Of a stretch of 64,000 nt of DNA, positions 1-9,324 are shown piece by piece. A model generated the notes under the pieces. That model made no database searches, was not told the origin of the DNA, and worked only from the letters and a program-made list of their open reading frames with translations. How positions within the stretch are numbered: the stretch's first letter is position 1; every line of letters begins with the position of its first letter. Source of the DNA: Paragordius varius (taxonomy: Eukaryota; Animalia; Nematomorpha); NCBI GenBank assembly GCA_964247055.1, contig OZ176052.1, positions 4,526,001 through 4,590,000 of the forward strand. Direction: 5' to 3'. A program made the position numbers and the translations under genes.

Positions 1-738
1 GTTTTACCCTTAAAATTAAATGAACGATATTTTGTAAAAGTTTTGTAAAATAAAAATGGCGTCGAAGTAGTTTGAGATGGAACTTTTTTTTCAAAACAAA
101 ATTTTATCAAGCTATTTTGGCATATATATATAATTTTTATTAGATAGAAGCATAAATTTAAATTGGGACAGTTTTCTTCAATACTTTTTTAAAAATGTTA
201 ATTTTAATTTAGTCTGGGGTATTTAGATACCCCAATTTGAATCGAAGTGTTAAGGTAGTTGAACGCTGTTTTCAAAGTTATTATCAAACTACGTAATAGA
301 TAAAAAAGGTTATATTTTTACAGTTTCTAGCTGAAATTAGGACAGTTCTAAAATACGATTAAAATAAAATAAATTCATAAATATTAAGTTTTTGTTAATC
401 TGAAAGCTTACTTATTAATTATTTACATTTAACCATAAGTATATGGCTCTTGTTTCAGCGATATAATGGCGGCGAAAAAGTTTGAGATTATGATTTTTTA
501 CTTTAATTTTTTTGAAAAATATATGATGCGCTTTAAAAATCAAGAAAACATAAATTCGGCTTAATATCCAAATTTTTTAAGATATTTCAATTTCGAATCG
601 TTCTGGAATATAAAACTATTCCAAAGGGTATTGAAGTGTTAAAATAATGCAAAACAAAATAAAATAAATGGTTAGTACTGTTATAAATTCATCAGGTTAT
701 CATGCTGCTTTTGGTATAGCCCCTTACGAGTGATTAAA

Positions 739-1496
739 CACTTGGAGACAACACATTCATTTCAGTCCTTCGATTTAAATTGGGGTAGTTGGATACCCCA
801 GACCTGTTTAAAATTAAATTCTTTAAAACATATGGGAGGAATCAAAACCATGGCAAATTGCACTTATATAACATTAATAAACCGAAATATATAAAATATT
901 TTATTCAAAAATACTTGATATTACTTATTGTAGGCTCAAACCAGAAGGTAAAAATTTCGTCAACGTGTGGAAAATGGTAAAATTAAATACAAAATAAACC
1001 GCTTTTTCTATTTCTATCAATTTTAGATGTAAATTAAATAAAAAATTAGCTTTAATTTTACCCTTAAAATTAAATGAATACGATATTTTGCAAAAATTTT
1101 GTAAAATAAAAATGGCGTCGAAGTAGTTTGACATGGAACTTTTTTTTCAAAATCAAATTTTATTTAGATATTTCGGCTTATTTATATAATATTATTAGGA
1201 TAGAAGCATAAATTAAAATTGGGACTGTTCCCTTCAGTAGTTTTTAAAAAATCCTAACTTAAATATTGTCATTTAGATACCCCAATTTGAATCGAAATGT
1301 TAAAATAAGTAATATCAAGTATTTTGAAATAATTTTTTTATATATTATGGTTTTTTAACGATATATTAGTGCAAAATTTTTCCATGGTTTTGATTCCTAC
1401 CATATTTTTTAAAGAATTTAATTTTAAACAGGCCTGAGGCATTTAACTACCCCAATTTGAATCGAAGGACTAAAATGAATGTGTTGTATCAAAGTG
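739..1496. mobile_element. Fold-back/MITE-like element with ~125-bp imperfect terminal inverted repeats
   Basis: 739-863 (CACTTGGAGACAACACATTCATTTCAGTCCTTCGATTTAAATTGGGGTAG...) is an imperfect reverse complement of 1369-1496; TTAA lies at or next to both ends. The interior resembles 1-300 and 23380-23580. Confidence 0.55.
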
Positions 1497-2529
1497 TTAA
1501 TTACCATTAAAATTAATTGAGGACGTATATAAATGGCGTCGAGGTAGTTTGACATGGGACTTTTTTAATCGAAGTGTTATGAATGTTTTCTACACTCCTT
1601 AGTAACTGCTTCATCAGAAAATAAATTTGCGTACATTTTGATCAAATCTTTTTTTGGTGCAGCTTCGAAAAATATCACTAAATATTATAAATTACATATA
1701 AAAAGCAAAACAATATTTTTGACGCTTCTTTACCATTAACTTTTCTTGTCCTAGTTTGACTTTTGGGGTAGTTTTAGAGCTAAATTTTGTAAACTACAGT
1801 GCTAAAAGTTATTTTAGCAAACATTTAATTATCAAACATTGTTCTCATATATCAAATAATAAACTTTATATTTTTTACAATGTGTTTTCTATAGTCTAAA
1901 TTGGGACAGCCCCAAAACACAATTAAATCGAACAGCTGATATTAATCAATATGCATCAAGTTTTTGCTGGTAAATGTAGCCTGAATTTTTTAAGTTAATC
2001 ATTTACGTTTTATAGGATTTATATACATATATTATGTTGCCTAAGCCATTTAAAAAAATATGCAAAAAATGGCGGCAAAAAAGTTTAAGATGAATTGGCA
2101 TTTAAAAAAATGTATACTGCGCCTAAAAGGTTAAAGAAATTTAAATTTAGATTAATACCTTAAATACTTTTTAAGATATTTTTAAATCGTTTTGGGATAT
2201 AAAACTACTCAAAAAGGTAATGATTATTATAAATTATAGATGTGGGCTTCTAAAATCCCAAACTTTTTCGCCTTTTAACCGTAAAAATGCCGAGATATAT
2301 ATTTCATTGGGATATTTTTTATAGATTCCTATTTAGGACACAGTATTAATGTAATAAAAATTGATGTTTTTTGCTCAACCGAAAAAAACGGTTTATCTTA
2401 GTTTTATTTAAGAAACATATATAGAATTGTTTCAATTGTATAATATTCATTTTTTCGCAAAACTCCCATACTATGTTTTAGACATGGAGCTGATTCTCCA
2501 AGACAATGATACAAGCTTAAAAATGGCCA

Positions 2530-3310
2530 AAATCTTCGGATGGCATAGCAACATCACCTACCAAAAATAGTTAAATATATATAATCATCTCGAATTGCAG
2601 CTATTTACAATAATTACCTCAATCACCCACACCAAAAGCCTGAGAATTTTTCCTCTCATCTTGATAAAAAATAAGAAGAATTTCAGAAAAATCAATGGTT
2701 ACGTCCAATATCGCTTACTAATTCTTTAAACAAACTTTACTGCCATCATCTATGGCCTGATTATTGATAATACTACTAAAAATAATTATATGTACCCACA
2801 ATAAAAAGAGATTTTTTTCTTATAACGAGTCTTTGAACACAAGCTTGTGGAATGTAAAATCAAGGCAGCTGTATACAGCATACATACGTGGATCGATATT
2901 GCTGATCATTTTGAAAGCCTTTCTTACCAAGCCATCTTCAGTAGTCTTGCGCTTTTCGGCCAATCTGACTACATCACTCTAATTAAAACTTATATACAAA
3001 CTCCTTAGCTTCATGACCTCACATGGCTATAAAACCAAATCTCATCATAGAAAATAAACAATCTTAGCCACTAAATAATTTTATATGCGGGTGCTTATCA
3101 TTAAAGCCATATCTTTGCCAAGCAGCGCTCGATATCCTCAGAGGCCCATTTGGTGCAAATAGTCTCTTCCAATATTCAAGCGTGTCACCCTGCATCTTAT
3201 TTTAAATTATAAAAACACCCATATATTTCGATTTTAAATCAAACTCGAAATTATTTTCAATTATGAAGTCGCTTATAACAGACATTCTTGCGCTTTATAC
3301 AACACTATGG
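2530..3310 (+). pseudogene. Decayed non-LTR retrotransposon RT fragment (RLE/Utopia-NeSL-like)
   Basis: Broken frames give IAAIYNNYLNH..., WLRPISLTNSLNKL and RVFEH...TWIDIADHFESLSYQAIFSSLALFG, colinear with WRPLSLSNTIYKL and CFEH...TFIDITAAFDSVPHQLIFECLPNFG of the intact neighbouring ORF; stops and frameshifts present. Confidence 0.6.
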
Positions 3311-3436
3311 AAATGGTTTTTATACTATTTTTAACAATCAAAAATACGTTACTGCATTACAGATTGGCGAACAATTATGTGAATGAACCAGAAATGCGGG
3401 TATTGTATATAACTAAATTATTTTAATGATTAATTT

Positions 3437-3586
3437 GGGCCACTCCAGGAAATAGTGCAAGACCTGGTCGACCCTTTGGAGAAGGTTAGGCAAGCCCAGA
3501 GCATTCTCCAAACACTCCAAAAATGAATTTAATATCATGGACCTCGTTAGAGGTCGTATCAGATATTAAGCTGATAAGAACAGATA
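3437..3586 (-). ncRNA. U2: U2 snRNA gene, 3' portion (nt ~38-187)
   Basis: Minus strand reads TATCTGTTCTTATCAGCTTAATATCTGATACG...ATTCATTTTTGG (Sm site)...GGTCGACCAGGTCTTGCACTATTTCCTGGAGTGGCCC, matching the U2 stem IIa/IIb, Sm site and 3' stem-loops. Confidence 0.95.
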
Positions 3587-3746
3587 TAATTTATTAATAT
3601 ATATAAAAATACAATTTAGAATATATGAAGAAAAGTGCTGCGCAACAATATTGGGCATGGGGAAGTTACAAGGGGGAAGAAAGAAAATATTATATATATA
3701 AAAAAATAAAATAAATATAAAAAGAAATATATATATATATAAAATA

Positions 3747-6700
3747 TTACAATGATGCATTTGTTGGGTTGTTGTCTATGAGGGAATTTCGACCGCTCAT
3801 AAACATGTGGTACATATCCGAGGATGCTTTGATAGTATTGGTAACTATTGATTTTTTTAGTTGGGTAGGGCATCGGAACCTGATCTTCTCAAAAAGAACA
3901 TCGTTTTTCGAATACCATGAGCCGAGGCTCCCTACAACAACTGGAATGACTTGGGTGTTGCTGTATGTTTCCTGTAATTGTTGAGCCATACAGCTATATT
4001 TCATTATTTTATTGTTAAAGGCCGTTTCGAACGATTCTAGCCTGTTTTCAAACGGCACTGTGGGATCAATGATATAGCAATCAGTGCCATTTGTTACAAT
4101 GAGGTCAGGACGTAGTCTCGACGAATCAATGGCTTGATTTTCACTTAGGATCTTGAAATTCGATGGGAGGTTGTCTTTAATCAGGTCCACTATGATGTTG
4201 TGTCTTTTGGTGATTATATTATCATCTTTGAGGCAGTGGTTTAAAACGTGTGCCTGAGTTTCTTTTGACTTGCCGCAGCGACGGCACATTTGTTCCGACG
4301 ACCTGAGTCGCATTTTTGTTGGAAGCAGATTGAGCCGCGCTCGATGGATGAAGTTCCAGTCTCTGAATCGAAGATCTTTATTATTGTAAAGAAAATGATG
4401 ACTGACCTTATCATCAGCGACGCACTCCATCACCCGACCCTGCAAAGCAAAATGGTGTAGCTCAGTATCCTTTAACTTTCGTTTATAAAATCGAAGGTTA
4501 GAAACAACAGCTGAGCGATTGTCTTGGGAGATTTTAGAGAATTCTGAAATTACTGTAGGCTGAAAAGAATCATCAAAAGACCAGGAAATTTTGAGAGATT
4601 CAGACGCAATTCTCGCTATTGTCCAAATGTTTTGGCATTTATTAGCTGGATTTGAGACAAGAGGGTTCTCATAACCAGACAAATACTTGCCTAATTGATC
4701 GGGAGTAATTGAATCTAATCGAACCTTAAAACGAAAGCTAGCCGAAACCTTAAGTTCCTCGAGAGCAGAAACTCTTATAGAAGGATCTAAGCTAGTAAGT
4801 AACTTAAAAGCAGAATCCACACGAAATATATTAATGTCATCTCGGAATAGGGGCATCCCTAAAGCGCCCTTATTACGAGAGCCAAAAATATAATTGTTAG
4901 TGGCATCTCTTGGAAGATTTAATATTTGTTTGAACACTTTAGTTAGCTTTTTATCTAGATATTCACCTGTAACCATCTTAAGCTCATTATTTCTCAACTG
5001 GTGAGAAATAGTGGGATAGAAAAAAGTTTTAATAGCGTCTAGCTTTTGCCAAGGGAGGAGGCTAGAACTATGAATTTTATCCACAATTTCCGTAGAAGGA
5101 ACGGGATTAATGAAATTGAGACCTACAGGCTTTCCAAGAAACTTAACAAACTCGCCTTGACCGATTGAGGGAACGACAACTTCACCAATCTTAAAAACAG
5201 GACTACAAGAAGCAATAGAAATACTATTGCACTTCTCAGCTTTGATCGAAAGACCAATATCATGAATAAGACATTCTAACAAATTGAGCCCAACTTGATG
5301 ACGTTCAGGAGAGTCAGACAATAAAACAATGTCATCAGCATAAGCGAGGACATTGTGACCATTAAACACCATAGATCTCAACACAGAATCGATTGACAAA
5401 TTAAAAAGAAGGCCAGAAATTGGACACCCCTGTTTAATGCCAGACAAGAAAGGAATGGGTTGCGTTAACCCAGAGGCGGAAAAGAACTGAGTACATGAAT
5501 TTGTGTAAATATCCTTAATTAAAGCTTGAATATTATTATCTATACCAAAATTAGGGAGACACTCAAAAATCAGCTGGTGAGGGACCGAGTCAAACGCAGC
5601 AGTGATATCAATAAAGGTTACAAAAATATCTTTTTTATTATGTTTAGCATCAGAAATTGATTTATTTAAAATATAATTATGCTCAAAGCAGCCATCAAAA
5701 GGCATAAATCCTTTCTGGGCTGATGATAATAAGTTATTCTTTAAAATATGTTTAGAAATACGGTTGGCAATAAGGCCAGTAAATAATTTATAAATAGTAT
5801 TGCTTAGCGAAAGGGGCCTCCAGCTTGAAACAAGAGAAGGGTCTCCCTTTTTTTTAGAAATTAAGATTGACTTAGTTACTTTCCAATGATTAGGAATCAT
5901 TCTATGACTTAAACACAAATTAAAAATTTTAGATAAAAGAATACCTTTGGGATCCACCTGCTTCCATTTGGTATATAAAATACCATCAGGACCAGGGGAG
6001 CTGTTAGAAACTTTTCTTAGTTTATCAGAAACTTCAGATGCTGAAAAGGGAATAAAATCAAGTAAAGGGACAGAATTATTAGAATAATTAAAATTAATAG
6101 GCTCAGATTTTTTGCCAATTGTATTGTTAAAATAATTTGTTATATCTTCGTTATTTATTTTACAAGAGGATGGAGGGCCATCAACGATTAATCTTATAGC
6201 CTTTTTCCTATTTCTCTTATACATGCTACGAATATTTAAATCTTTATGAACCAAACTTTTAGACTTATTATAATCAGCCCGGGGAGGAGATAGTGCATTT
6301 TGAATAGAGCTTATTAAAGAACAAACGTCCTCCCAGTCGGAATTCTCGTCGTGGGAGTCAAGAAGGTTATTAAAATTAGTGAAAGGAAAAGTATTTTTAT
6401 TTAAAGCAGATGATTTATTAAAACTTTTATTTGGTGGAGGTAGAGTAACCGATGAAGTGGGTTCCTCATCAACACTCTCCTCAAGAATAGTAAAACGATT
6501 AGATAAAGAGACTTCATTCTTAGAAAAGTAATTAAAATAATTTTTGTTTACCGAACTACTAGGATTTAGAATATTGGAATTAATATCCGTACTGGAATTA
6601 TTGCCTTCATGTCCCTTACCAATGATGTTTGAGGTCCCACTCACTTTGGTAGGAGAAGAATTAACTGGAGAGCTGGGTGGATCAAAAAAGTTTACTGAAT

Positions 6701-7544
6701 GGGTTGGAGATGACTCGACAACCTTAGGCTTATTAGACGGATTGAAACGGAGGTTTGACAAACTTAACGGTTTGCTGTGAGGATGAGGAGGTAGATTATG
6801 AGACCTTTTATGAGATAAGAGAGACATGCGCTTGGGAAACGACAAGTCACACTCATCACATGCGTGAGGCATTTGGACAATAGGAGATTTGGACGCAAAA
6901 ATGCACTCTTTCATATGTATACTTGGGTGAATAGATAAAACTTTGTTACAAGGTTTGCAAATATTAACTATTTTGATTAGTTCTTTATGGACCAGCTTAA
7001 TATGACGTAGAAGAGACTGTCTCTGGGCAGTCCAGGATTTACAACGAAATTGATGATTGCAGGATTCAAACGGACACGAAAAATGATTAGGTAAAGGAAA
7101 ATAGAAGGATAGGGTTTTGTCCTGCAGGGTAGGTTGATGTGGCATCACCTCCAATAGGTCGCCATCATTATCATCATCATCATTATTATTTATCTTAAGC
7201 ATTTTGTTGGCTGGATGGACAAGATCAAGGATGGTCTTGCGTTTAATGTTTGAGCTGGGAGATTTGGCCTGATTGGATGACTGATTGGTAGCTGTGTACA
7301 CGTTGTCGTAGAACTGAGATGAAGAGAGTGAAGGGAATTGGTGTTCATAGAGAGAGCCAATATCGGGTGTTGGAGTTGTCGACGGGTTGACACAGAATGA
7401 TGGATGGCTTTGAGTATTGACCGTGGTGACAGAGGTATGGCAGAAGGTTGTCTTGCAGTACACTGGTTGATTATCATTATCACTTATTGTAAGGGGAAAC
7501 ATGATTTGTACGTTGTTGGAGCTAATAGTGTTGGTTGAAATCAT
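3747..7544 (-). CDS. Retrotransposon polyprotein: 3 N-terminal zinc fingers, reverse transcriptase, CCHC knuckle, PD-(D/E)xK restriction-like endonuclease
   Basis: Uninterrupted ORF (first ATG at 7544; the track starts at a TTG at 7565). Motifs: CPFESC..H..H, CKPC..H..C, CDEC..H..H; SPGPDG, WRPLSL, QKGF, DITAAFD, GIKQGCPIS, LAYADD, KFLG; CRRCGKSKETQAHVLNHC, RHN, RPDLIV...IIDPTVPFE, KIMKY. Confidence 0.97.
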   Translation of the reverse strand: MISTNTISSNNVQIMFPLTISDNDNQPVYCKTTFCHTSVTTVNTQSHPSFCVNPSTTPTPDIGSLYEHQFPSLSSSQFYDNVYTATNQSSNQAKSPSSNIKRKTILDLVHPANKMLKINNNDDDDNDGDLLEVMPHQPTLQDKTLSFYFPLPNHFSCPFESCNHQFRCKSWTAQRQSLLRHIKLVHKELIKIVNICKPCNKVLSIHPSIHMKECIFASKSPIVQMPHACDECDLSFPKRMSLLSHKRSHNLPPHPHSKPLSLSNLRFNPSNKPKVVESSPTHSVNFFDPPSSPVNSSPTKVSGTSNIIGKGHEGNNSSTDINSNILNPSSSVNKNYFNYFSKNEVSLSNRFTILEESVDEEPTSSVTLPPPNKSFNKSSALNKNTFPFTNFNNLLDSHDENSDWEDVCSLISSIQNALSPPRADYNKSKSLVHKDLNIRSMYKRNRKKAIRLIVDGPPSSCKINNEDITNYFNNTIGKKSEPINFNYSNNSVPLLDFIPFSASEVSDKLRKVSNSSPGPDGILYTKWKQVDPKGILLSKIFNLCLSHRMIPNHWKVTKSILISKKKGDPSLVSSWRPLSLSNTIYKLFTGLIANRISKHILKNNLLSSAQKGFMPFDGCFEHNYILNKSISDAKHNKKDIFVTFIDITAAFDSVPHQLIFECLPNFGIDNNIQALIKDIYTNSCTQFFSASGLTQPIPFLSGIKQGCPISGLLFNLSIDSVLRSMVFNGHNVLAYADDIVLLSDSPERHQVGLNLLECLIHDIGLSIKAEKCNSISIASCSPVFKIGEVVVPSIGQGEFVKFLGKPVGLNFINPVPSTEIVDKIHSSSLLPWQKLDAIKTFFYPTISHQLRNNELKMVTGEYLDKKLTKVFKQILNLPRDATNNYIFGSRNKGALGMPLFRDDINIFRVDSAFKLLTSLDPSIRVSALEELKVSASFRFKVRLDSITPDQLGKYLSGYENPLVSNPANKCQNIWTIARIASESLKISWSFDDSFQPTVISEFSKISQDNRSAVVSNLRFYKRKLKDTELHHFALQGRVMECVADDKVSHHFLYNNKDLRFRDWNFIHRARLNLLPTKMRLRSSEQMCRRCGKSKETQAHVLNHCLKDDNIITKRHNIIVDLIKDNLPSNFKILSENQAIDSSRLRPDLIVTNGTDCYIIDPTVPFENRLESFETAFNNKIMKYSCMAQQLQETYSNTQVIPVVVGSLGSWYSKNDVLFEKIRFRCPTQLKKSIVTNTIKASSDMYHMFMSGRNSLIDNNPTNASL

Positions 7545-7730
7545 ATCTATAATAAAAATAAACAATGTATAATATTGGAAAGAAATTTAGATGGACCAAA
7601 GGATTAAAGAATGGAAATAAATAAAGTCCTAATCACCCGGATAATTAATATATAACCAAAAGGGGGCCGGGAATTCAGAGACACACAATTAAGAGTAAAA
7701 ACAACATGCGAATAAAAGATAAAGAGAGAG

Positions 7731-7990
7731 GCGCGAATTTCAAATAACAATTAACAAAGATGGAGAAAGTAAACAAAAACCGTTCAAAAAAATGGCCAAA
7801 GCGCGAATTTAAAGCAAAAGGGAGGGAATATTTTAAAAAAAGGGGGGAAAATAAACAAAAAGCCGTTAGAAAAAAGTTAGGAAAAGCGCGAAATTTTAAA
7901 AAAGGGGATAAACAAAAAACAATTAAGAGGCGCGCGAAATTTGAAAAAGAGGGGGGTAAACAAAAAACAATTAAGAGGCGCGCGAACTTT
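7731..7990 (-). repeat. Degenerate ~48-85 bp tandem repeats in the retrotransposon 5' UTR, each with a GCGCGAA core
   Basis: TAAACAAAAAACAATTAAGAGGCGCGCGAA at 7909 and 7957 (48-bp period); GCGCGAA cores at 7731, 7801, 7886, 7932 and 7980. Confidence 0.85.
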
Positions 7991-8146
7991 ACCAAGGGGG
8001 GGAGATTTAAAAAGGCACAAAACTTACAAAAAAGGCATGAAAGTGCAATGAATTAAAAGGGATAGTTAAATTTCTGTAAAAGTATAAAAGATGGCATAAG
8101 ATCAAGTTTAATTAATTTTATTAAGAATTTAAGGTAAGAAGGGACG

Positions 8147-8181
8147 ACACTTTGATCTTAGCCAAGAGGCCGAGAAGCGAT
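8147..8181 (-). ncRNA. U2: U2 snRNA gene, 5' portion (nt 1-35)
   Basis: Minus strand ATCGCTTCTCGGCCTCTTGGCTAAGATCAAAGTGT is the conserved U2 5' end. Confidence 0.96.
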
Positions 8182-9324
8182 AAATTTCAAAAAATATTGC
8201 TCCAATAATATAAACTTTTTTTATCAATTTATTTAGGTCGTGGATGATCGTATATCTATACAGAAATTGCCATCTATACTTATATAATAATGTCTCCAAA
8301 TCTTTTATTATTCTTTTTAGTTGTTTATTTAATATATTTTTGACATAAATTTATTACCTTATAATTAATTAAGTTTTATTTATTTATATGTACTCTTATT
8401 TTATTAATTCAGATGTTACATAATGAATGCTATTGTTATGTTTTACAATTAATTTTTTTTTGAACCATCAAGGAAATACAGAAATAAAATTAAATCAGAT
8501 TGGTGAATATGGGTTGAGAAATTTATATAAATAAATATATTTATATCTAAAATTAATTGAATAAATTTATCTTGTTATTTTGGATAATTATTATTTAAAA
8601 AACAGAATATATTTAACACTGTAAATGCATGCATATCAAAAACAATAAGCTTTTCTTCCCACGTTTTTTTATTTGCAAACAAAGTCGGTATGTAAACGCC
8701 TTTTTTAAATTCATATCAGTATGTTGCCCAAATTAGCAATAATCATCCTCAAAAAAATTTAAAGTATCTTGTGGATGGACGGGAAAAATATTAGTATTTT
8801 GATGTAGCGGTTTGTTAATATATATGCTGCAATTAATTATAAAGCAAATAAGAAATCAATCCAAAAATTATAATTGTTTTTTAAACGACAAATTTTAAAA
8901 TAATTTGAGAAAAAATGTTTTTAAATTGAAAGAGAAGAGCCAAAAAAATGGTGCGATAGCTAAAAGCTTATGATATGCACAATGTCACTAATAATTTTTA
9001 ATTTAATATAATTTTTGCAAACATTATTTAAATTAAAAACAAACAATATTCTCTAAATTTTGTGAAATGTCTCTTATAATGTTTTTTAATCACAACGCTA
9101 TTTTAAAGTATGATTTCGTTTCTTTATCAAAGTTGTGCTATAATTAAACGTCTGATAAATTTAACTTGGATGATACTTGAGATCTAAAACTAATTTTACG
9201 TTAATAATATTCCTGAGGTACCCTAATAAAATAAAATAATATATAAGTTTTGGCATTGTTTACAGCAAATTTTCCAAAAATTATTTATTTAATTGTTTGT
9301 AAGCATGGTAAATAAATCTTGGGG

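Larger units (their letters stand above)
3587..8146 (-). mobile_element. Full-length U2-targeting RLE non-LTR retrotransposon (Utopia-type), ~4.56 kb
   Basis: Bounded exactly by the two halves of a U2 gene; single long ORF with RT and restriction-like endonuclease; ~600-nt 5' UTR, ~160-nt 3' UTR, no poly(A) tail and no obvious TSD. Confidence 0.92.

Noticed and set aside
7675-8056. Lys-rich ORF 7760-8056 (+) and Phe/Leu-rich ORF 7675-7995 (-) as a possible ORF1
   Set aside because: Translations of the A-rich tandem repeats in the 5' UTR; no gag-like motif, and RLE elements typically have one ORF.
7600-8146. HDV-like or hammerhead ribozyme at the retrotransposon 5' end (as in R2)
   Set aside because: I could not build the nested P1/P1.1/P2/P3 pseudoknot or find a CUGAUGA core by eye; only a CCCGG/CCGGG stem near 7635-7675. 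An RNAmotif or Infernal search would be decisive.
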